Source: Cyanidioschyzon merolae
Lineage: Eukaryota
Assembly (NCBI GenBank): GCA_000091205.1
Contig: AP006501.2
Length of the DNA stretch: 64,000 nucleotides
Direction: 5' to 3' (one strand)
A model generated the notes under the pieces. It saw only the letters and a list, made by a program, of their open reading frames with translations, made no database searches and had not been told where the DNA came from. Shown piece by piece: positions 11,953 to 22,456 of the stretch; position 1 is the first letter of the stretch, and each line of letters opens with the position of its first letter. The position numbers and the translations under genes were made by a program.

Positions 11953-12439
11953 CTACGTTATGAGCTGCAACGGAGGGCACGATCTCTGCTCTTCAGCAAT
12001 TGGCGCCCTAGTTTCCAGTTCCTATTTCTGCCAGAGTAACCTGCTCGTATGGGAAAGCTGGCCTCGTGAACGCGACTCGCAGGCCGGTACGCAAGATTGC
12101 TCGAGGTTGCAGGTTTTGCAGCGTGGCACTCGCGTAGGGTGCCAAATTTTTAGCTGCGTTTCGAAGGTTCCAAAGCCGACGACTAAGCGAAGCTCTCCGA
12201 CGCTCTGGCAGTTTCCAAGTACGTCAAAAAACAGCCAGCGGTCGTTCCCGTCAACAAGCATAGCAACTCGAGCACTGCGCGAGCGTTTTCATGAGCGTTT
12301 ACTAGAGCAGTAGAGCACGCTTCCAAGACTCACAGCCAGTTTTACGTAACATCGTGCTATTCAGTTGCCCGCCGCTGTGCTCGAGCCCGGACTCCACAAA
12401 ATTATCGCTCTTTACAGATTCCTTGGTTGAAGCAACCAG

Positions 12440-13893
12440 TCAATAAATAAAAATATATCGTCATTGGAACAAAAAATGTTTGTCGAACAGTGAGAGTAAA
12501 CATATAAACTCAAGCGCAGACGACTTCCAGCCATTTTTGACCGGGCACCTGCTATCGGTTTCAGCTTCTCCTTATACACTTCAAGCCTGAAAGGCAGCTT
12601 CACGAAGTTCTCTGGCGTCAGCTATGCGATTCTCGTCTTCAGCACCGCACATCGTCTGATGTTGATATCGGTTTCGAAGTCTCGGCTCACGATCTCCTTG
12701 CATACATTGCTGCTAGTTAACGTTATTTATGCAAGGGTTCCTTGAACTCGTGCCCTTTGTGCCCCTACAGTCTCGTCATCCTACTGTCGGGCAGACACCT
12801 TGCATCGCACATCTCTCATCGTCATCTTTTCCGTGGTCACTTGCTCCTCATCGCTCGATGGTCGCCAAGGAGAGAATTTTTCGCTTGTTCGTCGAACCCG
12901 CAGGCAAGGGGCCTCCAGGACCCTCCACTTCCATGTCCATAAGTTTCCTTTATACAGTATGGTCTTGAAAATGAATGCACCTCTTTATGAACTCAGGTGA
13001 GAAAATTCCTCAAGCGTGAAGCTCTTGCGTAGGAGAGACGAAATGTGCCCCAGTGTGTCGTCGTGTGCTGAAAGCTTCAGCGATTCGGCCAGCGGAGGGA
13101 TCATTACGTTTCACGATCCAAAACGGTCATTCGAAGACGTTGAATCACGGCAATTACGGAGGGATGAAAAGCTACTGTACCCAGGCAGGATCCGCAAATG
13201 CTCGAAACCAAGTCGAATTGTTAAATACCATGTTGATCAATGGAAGGACGTCGCCAGACGTCAGGAGTAAAGTCTTTAATGATTCCACAAACTTGGTGGC
13301 GCTGTTGTATGAGCCTTCTTCACTTGCGAAACTGAGGCCATCAAATGAATCCATTCCAGCTTGAACTGATGAAGATATCATCGTTCTCTTCGAGTACCTT
13401 CATGCATGCATCGGGCCCCCAGTCAGCGAATACCCATCCATGCCCCGATCGTTTTTCCGAAGAAGGTTTCATCGATTTGAAAAACATACCAATGTCTCTG
13501 TGCTTCATATCGATCGCAGCGTTCCGAGAATTCTGTCGTTGCGATTTCGGTGGAAGCTGACGTTCATTGAACTTTGACTTTCTTGTAAGCGTATCCTAGT
13601 GTTTTCAAGACTACACGAACAAACTGCTGAGTAACCGAGACGCCCGTGGAGACTTTCATCGTCCTTTTTGCTTTCCGTAAGGCGATTAACGGGACGTTTT
13701 CTACCACCGACAGCAGGCAATCTCCGAGAATATTGGTTTTTTGCCTGTAGTGTACATGCTTCTCTCCTTCCAGTGTTCCTGAACCATCTGAAACTGTGGT
13801 ATGACTGACCTGCAGAAGGAATGCAGTATTCCGTGTATTGCTCAGTAAAGAACATATACTGGGCATTTCGTCTACATTCTGTGGGGTATCTTG
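12440..13893. repeat. Repeat element B (~1.45 kb), near-identical inverted copy at 26880-28270; possible decayed Tc1/mariner-like element
   Basis: ORFs 13016-13902 recur inverted at 26912-27788: the 103-aa ORFs are identical, and the 116-aa and 93-aa ORFs differ at 1 residue. Minus-strand peptides resemble Tc1/mariner transposase pieces. The HTH-like segment KVSTGVSVTQQFVRVVLKTLGYAYKKV matches ..KVSISTVKRVL....L.G...KKP, and the C-terminal RRCAVLK segment matches RRCQAVID. Size fits Tc1/mariner. I could not find clean terminal inverted repeats or TA duplications. Confidence 0.6.
12530..12705 (-). repeat. ~200-bp dispersed core repeat, copy 2 of 4 (terminal part of element B)
   Basis: The reverse complement aligns with 7205-7420 and 28021-28200. 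Blocks gtgcggtgctgaagacgag and gatagcaggtgcccgg are conserved. Confidence 0.7.
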
Positions 13894-13908
13894 CCGGGCC
13901 ACTTCGAT
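13894..13908. repeat. Target-site duplication (left) of the LINE
   Basis: Exact 15-mer ccgggccacttcgat, also present at 18982-18996, immediately abutting the element termini. Confidence 0.8.
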
Positions 13909-14935
13909 TTTTCTTTAATCACTGACGAAATGTTTACCTAAGCCAGCGTTCTCCGATTATGCGCATTTTTCGTTTCTTAATTTTTTTGTGTTTTTTGTCA
14001 GTGTGAGGTGGGATATCCATCAACCCCCTACCTCCATGTTACATTACCTATACTTCGTCTCGGATATTCTGGTCGTTTCATGCGTCCTATCGGGTGCCGA
14101 GCCTGCCGAAAGCGACAGCAATAGCGCCTATAGCGCCGGTGCAGTCGCTGCACGGAGACAGAACGGCGTTGCCGTACCACAAAGAGCGTCTGCTCGAGGT
14201 GTGCTTCACCCGACGTAGAATCGGGTCTCGTCGTCAGTTTGTGCTCGGATAGTCTGCAAATGCAGGCTTGCCTTCGCTGCAATACACGCTGTAGAAACTT
14301 GGCTGTTAGGATATATCCTGAGAGCCGCCTCTCTCCTTCGTGATCATGCATGGAATGCGTTGTTGTCGGTTGGCAATGCGGGTTTGTGCTTGACACCCAT
14401 CACAGTGGGTAGGCACAAAGAGCACTAAACCCGTGTGCTCATCCGATTCGTTGGACCTGCTGCCTAGAAGGTAGAGTTTGAGTTTATTGGCCACTCATGA
14501 GCGCTGAGGCTCCGTTAGCGCACCATCAGTTGCCAGTGCTACACTCAGAGTGAGTGTCCGGCCTTCGACAATCACGGTGATGTCCAGCTGCTGCTGTCCT
14601 CCAAGGAACTCGCTGCGCTCCTGCTTCGAGCGCGGGCACTGTAAGCTTAAATATGTCAGCGTCTCGGGGATTTCGTCTCGATAGCAGGTACAGTGTGACT
14701 CCCAGTGCGGTTCCAGTGTTCCCGTACGGAGTAGAGCCGGTGCTGGTAGCCAGAAGCCACCAACGCGGATTTTGGCGAGCCACTGGGTACCGCGAGCAAG
14801 TCCCGGGAATTCCAGCGCCTCCCACCAGTACTTGCTTGTGTATGCTAGGTTGTAGTTCCGGTATAGAGTCAAGCCGGCGTTACTGGCGCGACTGGTACCG
14901 TGTCTACCTTCCCATATTGGCGTTCGGACCGTTCG

Positions 14936-17202
14936 CTAGAGGCGGCGGGAGCCTTGTACATTTCTGGGGAACGATTGGAGCGCATTTTCGCGTAAGAGGC
15001 GCTTTAGCCAAATCTGCGCTGATTTCATCCAAGTTTTCTTGCGGTGCGTTGGGGTCTGCATGAAAATCCGACTCAAAGGGGTGCGCATAGTGGGCCCTTT
15101 GGCCCGTATACATGCCCAGCAGCCTGCTGCTATCGCTTCTATCGAGGCTATTTGGAGTTCAAGTCCGAGTGCCAGCGGGTTGGTTGCTCTGCGCTGCATT
15201 GAGCATCCAACAACAACAACGAGTCGCATTGCCCTGTTGGCAGCTGTCTGCAGACGCGAGGCATTTGTGTGCTTCATGCCGCACCATTCAGCACCCCAGG
15301 TCGAAGGCTGGATGATACACATCCTTAGTGCCCTCGTACGGATTGCTAAGGGGATAGAGGGGTCGGATGGGAATGGGCGTGCGATCGCTGTACGTCTATG
15401 CATCTTGGCGATCATCTCGTCGACGTGAGCCTTTTCGTCGAGCGTCGGCGTGAGACAGACCCCCAGGTAGCGATATTTTTCCACGATCGGAATTTCCTGA
15501 TTCTGCAACCGCCATGAGCGATTGCGAATGCTCTGTGAGTCTCCATGGATGACCATGGCGCCGCACTTCAATGCTCCTATGTTCATAACCCAGCGATCGG
15601 CCCAGGCGCTGACTTGTTGCATGCTAGCCGCAAGCGTTTCCGGGGCGGGTGCCAACAGCACGACGTCGTCGGCAAGTAGAAGGCCTGCGAGGCGGTTTCT
15701 ATGTGAGGGCTCCTCATCGGGCATCTCCACAGTCTATCCACGGCACCTCAAGTCCGTATTGTCTGCGGTTGTTCAGCAGATCGTTGATGAAGATGTTGAA
15801 AAGGCGCGGGGATGCGCGGTCGCCCTGTCGCAGTCCACGGCGGATTCTTATCGAAGGGGTTCTTGAGCAGTCGCCCAGTCGGGTGCACATCCACGAGTCT
15901 GCATAGAGCGCACGGAAGAACGCTAAGCACTTTCCGGAGACTCCGGCACGTTCCATCTTCAGAAATGGAGCCTCGTGCGGGACCGTTTCAAAGGCCTTTT
16001 GAAAGTCGATGAAGCATACGTAAGTTGGTTGTTGGCAGCTAATGGAGCGACGTTGCACCACTTCAATGAAGGTCAGGTCATGGCTCATGTACTCCTCGCG
16101 GCTCCGGAATCCAGCCTGTTCTGGGGCGAGGAATTTGCGTTCCTCGAGGCCCCTCTGAGTCCGGTTCGTGAGGTTGGCGCAAAGTAGCTTCATGATTTAC
16201 GGGATGAGGCGCATAGTCCGGTAGATATTCATGTCTGTGGGGTTCGGAGTCCTTTTTGAGGATCGGTACGACCTCGGCAGTCCTCCATACATCTGGGATG
16301 TACGCTTCTTCGAACATGCGTTGGATGAGCTCCAGAAGGCGCTTGCCTAAGATTGTGTCAGGTTCATCTGGTATCGATAGTGTCCCTGTTGTCTCGTCTT
16401 TTGGGGTCGCCAGTTTCATCCACTCCGTAGGGATACCGTCAAAGCCAGGTGTTTTGCGGTTGCATGACCTTAAGAGGGTCCGGACAGATTCAGGCCAGAA
16501 GATTGGGTCGTTCCATACCGGTACCGGGTCGAGGCGCGGTAGTTCTGCAGCATATTGGTGCCAATAGATTGGGTCTTGGCAGTGCCCAGTTGCGTCTTCA
16601 TGCAGCTCTGTCCCGTGGTCTATCCAGGCCTCATTCACTGAGGCACTCTCCGTCCTCAGCGCTTCCTTATAAACAATTGGTGTGAGCCCCAGGCACTTTC
16701 TTGGTGGGTCCAGTCTCGATCGAATGGAGCGCCATGTCTCATCTTCGTTGGTGCTCTCCAGCATAGATTTCGCCAGGGAGGCGATTCTGCGATTTCGATC
16801 CTCCTGTTTGTCTTCTCTGGAAAGTTTCTTCTTTCTTTTGATAGCTTCCTCATGTTGTGCCTGTAGCGCCGTTAGGACTGCCTTCGCTTCCTTGTCTCCG
16901 GCGTTGGCGCGTATGGCGGTGCGGTTGACGATCTTGTTGAGTCGGTGGCATCCATCAATCTGTGCTTTTTTACGTCGTTTCAGGTACTGAGGTTTGCAAC
17001 TGTTGCGTTCTGGTGCAAGCAGTCCCAGTTCTCTGGCAATCTTCTGATTCCCATCTACATACTCGCGTGCCAATTGGTCAAAAGATTTGTATGCACGGCT
17101 TTTCGGATCTTCAACGCTGTGAGCAGGTGCCTGGGTTTGGCGACGGCTTTCTTGAGTTCCAGCTGGGGTGCCCTCTCGGGGGATACCTTGTGATGAGCTC
17201 AT
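14936..17202 (-). pseudogene. LINE ORF2 reverse-transcriptase segments (three overlapping frames)
   Basis: RT motifs are spread over three ORFs (16078-17202, 15714-16193, 14936-15730) whose ends overlap in different frames. This is consistent with frameshift mutations or assembly indels. Confidence 0.8.
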
Positions 17203-17365
17203 TTGGGAGTTCTTTTTTCTATTCTTCTGTTTTTTTCTTGCTGGTCTTTTTCTTCTTCGGGCTCTTTCCTGAGCTGCTTTCTCTGGTTATTCTTCTGGTA
17301 CGTGGATCATGATGCCAGCGTGTCTATCCTTCCGTATCGCCTTGAGTCTCTTTTCCTATTGTAGA

Positions 17366-18148
17366 TCACTCTATTGTTGTCTCTTCTTCGTTAATGTACT
17401 GATAATTCGTTATCTTTTCTCGGAAGGCTGCAAGTGACTTGTTGGTTAGTATCCGGGCTTGGTATGTTGAGGGTGCAATTGCTGGTAACCCTCGCTGTGC
17501 GCTCTGAGTCGTGTCGGCTACTGGTTCAGCATTTTGGTTCCTCGGGCGCGGGTACCATCTGCAGTGGATGGGCCAGTGATCTGAGGCATCCCAAATTCGG
17601 TCAACGGCGGTATGTTGGAGTGCCGGGTCGCATCGGTCGCTTAAGATGTGGTCTATCGATGAGCGAAGCAAACGTTGGTCGGTAATGCGGTGCCACGTCA
17701 GGGGTGAACCTCTACACGGATTCACCGACAGCAATCCGCATCTCATTCGTTGTAGGTGTTGCCTAAGGTGGCCCGCCGACATGTTAAAATCTCCCATAAT
17801 TATCATCGGTTCCTCATTCCGTGTGCGGCGTTTCAATCGCTGGATGTTGGAGGCCAACTCTTTGAGTGCCTGTCGGCGCATCTCACAGGCGTGTGGTATA
17901 TAAATGGAGCCCACAAGCCAAGGTGCAGGCTGACCTGGAATTGTAACACTCACAAAGACCATCCATGGAGACGGGTTGCCGACCGCATAGCAAGTGAGGC
18001 GTCGATCGACAGTGAGCGCAACACCACGTGTGCGTAACGAAGTTGGCTTGTCCGTAGGGTCTACGTACGTTGGTTCAACCGTGTTGTAGCCTGGGATATG
18101 CAGACGATAATACGTCTTTGTGTTCTCTGAGTGTAGTGTCTCCTGCAA
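17366..18148 (-). pseudogene. LINE ORF2 endonuclease-domain segment (frame-separated from the RT segments)
   Basis: APE-like endonuclease motifs (see the LINE feature). Stop codons and frame changes separate it from the RT segment. Confidence 0.8.
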
Positions 18149-18981
18149 TGCCAGGATATGGACGTCTCAGCGTTCCAGGAAGTACCTTACGTCGTCTAGA
18201 ATCGAGGCTACCCCCAAAAATTTTCCATGATGCGAAACCTATCGAGTCGTAGCGCGTAAGGGAATAGGAATAGCGCTGCGGTACTCGAGAGATACGTTGT
18301 CGATTGAGATGCACCCTCCACGGCGTGTGAGAACGCACATGCCACCATTGCCTCCTGCATTCCAGTCGTTCAGTGAGTGTCTGCCGCAGCGCTAGCGTAG
18401 AATCAGATGTACATTAGTCAAAGTCGATTCGAATGCGACCTTTATCTTGCCGGACGCGTGAAGCTCCCCTCAATCACTGGGGATACGCTATGAACCACCC
18501 TGTCAGCGGCTTCGTATCCGCTCCCCAAATACATAGGCGGGCAAGTCGCTTATTCCAGCTTCGATCGCGAACATACTGCCAGCCGTCTTCCAAAGTATCC
18601 GCCGAAATTGTTCCCAAAGTTGAGGTAGGTACCCAATGTAGGAGGTAAACCGGAGCCCGAGTTTAAGGATCGATCCAAGATTTGCGCCCGAACCTGCAGC
18701 GTTGATTCGGGAGGGGCGGATAACTGCTCAGAATTTTCGTCAGCTTTTTCTGCTGCTGCTGCCTCCGCCCCTCCGTTCGTTGCGGTCAAGGTCCCTGGCG
18801 TGGGCTTCCTTCGCCGTCGCCCAAGCACCCCGTGTTTACCCACTTTCAGAGCTTCTCCGGAAAAACTAGACCTCTTAAGCAGGCATGGTGTGTGGGTCTT
18901 TAAGATAGTTGTTCTTTAATAAATAGTTTGCGACTAGTTTGTTTTGTTGTTTTTTATGTACGTTACGATTTTTTTTTCATT

Positions 18982-18996
18982 CCGGGCCACTTCGAT
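18982..18996. repeat. Target-site duplication (right) of the LINE
   Basis: Exact 15-mer ccgggccacttcgat, matching 13894-13908. Confidence 0.8.
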
Positions 18997-19189
18997 CTCA
19001 AGCTATTCACCGCATCGAGGTTGAAACAAAATTCAGCTGGAAAAATATAATGCTGTAGGTGTTGCAGCCTTTTTGGCGTCCCGTCTTACGCAGCAGACTC
19101 TAGGTTGTCATAGGCTTTCGGAGGCACTCGCAGAACGAGCGTCATCTCGGTAGACAAATCAGTCTCAACTCCTCAATTTCTAGACGTGC

Positions 19190-20041
19190 ATGCTTCTGAC
19201 AAACAGCAGACAGCTGGGCTTCGTGGGGCCCGTCCACGGAAGGGGCTCACCAACGCGCTCGCTTGTCGGGCGTTTCCGGAGAGTAGGACGAACGCGCACT
19301 CCCCTTGAACGACTTGTTGCGACTCGAGAATGGGAGCGAGTGACAAATAGTCGCCAGCACCTTGTAGCTGTAGTTGCATTGGTGGCGCTTTTGTCAGGTT
19401 TTCCCGAGTGGACTGGGGGTGCAGCGTTCACGTCCACTTCGACACTTGCTAGTCAGGAGCGCGTAGAGGGCGGAGTCGTGTCGCCCGAGCGCTGGGAACT
19501 CCTTCCTGCACTAGAAGGCAAAGACTATGGGAAACCCCGTATGCGATACTCGGACTTTGTAACGTTACCTGATGGAGTACAGTATCGAGACGTGCGTATT
19601 GGCGACACGGAGATCACACCCCGCCCAGGTGACCGGGTGGTCCTCAACTGGAGTGGGTACACAATTGGTTACTATGGGCGAATTTTCGAGGCTAAAAATC
19701 GAGTACAGGGTGGCGCTTTTGGTGACGACCGCGAATATTCTCGCTACGTCCTTGGCCGAGGGGAACTCGTACCTGCTCTCGAAGAGACTCTGCTGACAAT
19801 GCATCCGGGAGGTGTTAGACAGGTGATCGTTCCGCCCGAGCGCGGGTATCCTCTAGACGGCTCGGACTGGAACCACGATCGTGTCGGACCAAAACCACGG
19901 ACCTTCAGCGGCATGCGTGCTCTCAATTTTGTGCTTGAGAACAAGGGCCTCGTAGACAAGACGCTACTGTTTAACATAGAGTTGATCCGAATTGATCGAC
20001 CTGGCGAAAACGGCTTCGAAACTGTTGGACGACGGCAATGA
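19190..20041 (+). CDS. FKBP-type peptidyl-prolyl cis-trans isomerase, probably organelle (thylakoid-lumen-type) targeted
   Basis: C-terminal ~150 aa form an FKBP domain (GDRVVLNWSGYTIGYYGRIFEAK, YVLGRGELVPALEETLLTMHPGGVRQVIVPPERGYP). The N-terminal ~110 aa are Arg/Ser-rich followed by a hydrophobic stretch (LVAVVALVALLSG), resembling a bipartite targeting sequence. The exact start is uncertain. Confidence 0.8.
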   Translation: MLLTNSRQLGFVGPVHGRGSPTRSLVGRFRRVGRTRTPLERLVATREWERVTNSRQHLVAVVALVALLSGFPEWTGGAAFTSTSTLASQERVEGGVVSPERWELLPALEGKDYGKPRMRYSDFVTLPDGVQYRDVRIGDTEITPRPGDRVVLNWSGYTIGYYGRIFEAKNRVQGGAFGDDREYSRYVLGRGELVPALEETLLTMHPGGVRQVIVPPERGYPLDGSDWNHDRVGPKPRTFSGMRALNFVLENKGLVDKTLLFNIELIRIDRPGENGFETVGRRQ

Positions 20042-20908
20042 ATGACGCACTCCACATTGAGAAAGAGACAGCTCATTGTATTCGCCTTCCATGTTCGCCG
20101 CGCCCCTCAGTTGGAAGCGATGAAGCACGGAAGCCTTCAGTGGCATCTACTTTATGGCGATTGTCAGTGAAATTGCTCAGCAGAGTTCGCCCTCGCTGTG
20201 CTGCTGTTCGTACTGGAGGCGTATACACTACCCACGAACCATATCCATGATAGCATCACTGTTTGCGTTGATCGATCATTTAGCGCATTGCAGGACTGGC
20301 ATCTCGTACTGACTAACATGCTACTGGTCCGTCTCGCACAGCGCAGCGTGAGAAAAATTCATGTCATAATGCGGGCACCTTCGGCGCCATTATGCCGCCG
20401 CCTTGTGCATTTTTGAGTACGCGCTGCATAGAATGTGAAGCGGTGCGAGCGACAGCTGGTTGAGGAAATATGCAGGGCTTTGTTCCGATCACTTTAAAGG
20501 CGACTGCAACAAAACAGAGCTCTGCATTATGGCCAAAAAAAGCGATGATCCCCCCGCAAGAAATGTTACATTCGTGAAAATTGTTCACGTTCAGGCAGGA
20601 TTCTGCTGATGGAGCTCATACGCTTTGGCGTTTGAACGAATCGGCCAAAGTGTGAGCAATGCTTGTGGAGGTGGCGCTCTAATGCGACTAAGACTTCCTA
20701 CGATGCACCGGAGGCCAGCTCTTTAACATTCAAAAACATAATCACTCTCACATCTTGACGGTTCTCCGAGAGCGTTGTGCTTTGCGCATGAGGTTTCCTG
20801 CAAGTCGCGATTATTACTACGGAATGGGTGAATCCACGAAACGAACGCTAGAGAAGTTGTGCTGGCAACACCACGAATACACAGTTTCGAAAAATGTTAA
20901 CACCAGTC

Positions 20909-22456
20909 TCACTGGTGTTTCCGAACGTCATCTATGGGCTTCCTTTCGAGCCCAAGCGTACGTAGGATAACCAATAAAATTAGCTCCTTTGCCATGGCGA
21001 ACATGATATACGGCCGGAAGAGTTGGCTCTTAGGCCGCTGGCCAGTCATGATGCGCGCCCATTCCGCCAAGAATTCATCACCTTGCTTCTCAATGCACAG
21101 CGTCGCCGCATCCAGCAGAATTGGGAAGCGATACAGAATTTGGGCGAGCCGCATGCTCGCTTTGAAGTCATAGCCAAAAGCCCGCATCCAGCGACGTTGA
21201 TAGTTGGACAGGAAACGGGCGGACAAGTCCGAATGTTTGAATGCTTCTTTGAGCACCTCTGCAGCCATCACTCCGGAATCCATTGCATGATGGATGCCCT
21301 CGCCAGTCAGGGGATCGATGAAGCCAGCAGCATCACCAACGATCAGCAAATTATCCGCATAGGATCGTGGCACACCACCCAGTCGCAAAGAGCCAGCCTT
21401 CATGGGCTCTAACTCTGCCCTGGGGCCGAGCGCTCGCGATAAATAGAAGTCCTCTTTCACGAACCCGTGATGCAGGCGGCTCAAATCATCGTTACGCACC
21501 CGCGGATTACCAGGGATGATGTAACAGCAATAGTTCAGCTCGTCGTTCACTTCCCGGAAAATAGCCATGTAGCCCGGTAACAGGTTCAGATTGTAGATCA
21601 CCGTTCCATCCGCAGCATAATTGTGTGAGCCGGCCTTCACATACGCGCGAGAGCACGTACCCTGAGGCGCCTCTTTCACAATACCAAGCTGCATTGCCAA
21701 CCTTGATGGCGCTCCATCGGCACAAACCAACACCCGAGCCTGGTAAGAGGCCTCCTCAGGAGCGCTTCCAGTTCGCTCACCGCTAATGCTCCATAAAGCC
21801 TTTCCTGTGTCGAAACGCGCGCTCTCTACACTTACCTCTTCGAGGAGATTCGCGCCAGCGTAAGCGGCTGATCTTGCCAACTTCTCGTCCAGTACGATGC
21901 GCTTTATCGCAATGACTGCAGATCGAGCCAATTTACCGGAATCACCCTCACCGACCGAGTTACCGATATAAGAATAGCCAGCGGGCGAGACGAGTCCCCC
22001 GTTCGATGCCGGGTGGCCCTTGCCTTCGCGTAGAATCTCGTCCAGTACGCTGCCTTTACCGGTCGCACTCTCCATTCTCTCCATTATATCTTGTGCCAGC
22101 GTGCACACGGCATCACCGCAGATTTTCTGGCGGGGAAACTTTTTCTTCTCTAGGAGAAGAACACGTAAGCCCGCCCGCGCACAAAAGTACGCAGTCACTG
22201 AACCGGCCGGTCCAGCGCCTACTATGCAAACATCGTAAGCATCTTTTGGCAAAGGCGGGTACGACTTGGGACTCGGCTTTACAAGAGTTGTTTCCTTTCT
22301 CCAGGTACGCAGCACCCAGAATATAGAGAGCAACGCGACAAGCACACAGCTCAGCGCTAGCAATGGTATAGGTTTTGTTGCCAGTGCCTCTAAAACTGGC
22401 TCTCGTAGTTTTGCGAAACGAGCGCCAACGCCCTGACTGAGCGCAACGAAGTACAT
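20909..22456 (-). CDS. FAD-dependent oxidoreductase of the geranylgeranyl reductase family (ChlP-like), with an N-terminal TM segment
   Basis: Dinucleotide-binding motif YDVCIVGAGPAGSVTAYFCARAG. KICGDAV matches the GGR CGG/CGD motif. LIVGDAAGFIDPLTGEGIHHAMDSG matches GDAAG..P..GEGI. N-terminal hydrophobic helix PIPLLALSCVLVALLSIFWVL. Confidence 0.7.
   Translation of the reverse strand: MYFVALSQGVGARFAKLREPVLEALATKPIPLLALSCVLVALLSIFWVLRTWRKETTLVKPSPKSYPPLPKDAYDVCIVGAGPAGSVTAYFCARAGLRVLLLEKKKFPRQKICGDAVCTLAQDIMERMESATGKGSVLDEILREGKGHPASNGGLVSPAGYSYIGNSVGEGDSGKLARSAVIAIKRIVLDEKLARSAAYAGANLLEEVSVESARFDTGKALWSISGERTGSAPEEASYQARVLVCADGAPSRLAMQLGIVKEAPQGTCSRAYVKAGSHNYAADGTVIYNLNLLPGYMAIFREVNDELNYCCYIIPGNPRVRNDDLSRLHHGFVKEDFYLSRALGPRAELEPMKAGSLRLGGVPRSYADNLLIVGDAAGFIDPLTGEGIHHAMDSGVMAAEVLKEAFKHSDLSARFLSNYQRRWMRAFGYDFKASMRLAQILYRFPILLDAATLCIEKQGDEFLAEWARIMTGQRPKSQLFRPYIMFAMAKELILLVILRTLGLERKPIDDVRKHQ

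Larger units (their letters stand above)
13909..18981 (-). mobile_element. Non-LTR retrotransposon (LINE), ~5.07 kb, near full length, coding frame disrupted
   Basis: Minus-strand ORFs in 5'-to-3' order are:
- 18148-17366: APE-type endonuclease (QET, GDFN, IDHIL, SDHWP motifs).
- 17202-16078: RT N-terminal region (PGFDGIP).
- 16193-15714: RT fingers/palm (QAGFRSRE, FIDFQKAFETVPH, GLRQGDRASPRLFNIF).
- 15730-14936: ADDVVLLA, the Y/FxDD box.
- 14872-14495: zf-RVT-like CTCYRDEIPETLTYLSLQCP.
The element is flanked by an exact 15-bp direct repeat ccgggccacttcgat (13894-13908 and 18982-18996). The 3' end on the minus strand is A-rich (…TTAAAGAAAA). Confidence 0.88.

Noticed and set aside
12440-13893. 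Terminal inverted repeats and TA duplication expected for a Tc1/mariner element
   Set aside because: Comparing the two ends I found a short direct similarity (cagtgagagtaaacatataaact versus ctcagtaaagaacatatact) but no clean inverted termini. The Tc1/mariner call is therefore kept tentative and is based on peptide remnants and size only.
13988-14218. 76-aa ORF, with a similar 92-aa ORF at 51811-52089
   Set aside because: The two similar peptides could suggest a conserved small gene. Both lie in the LINE 3' UTR and its truncated daughter copy, so the conservation is due to retrotransposition.
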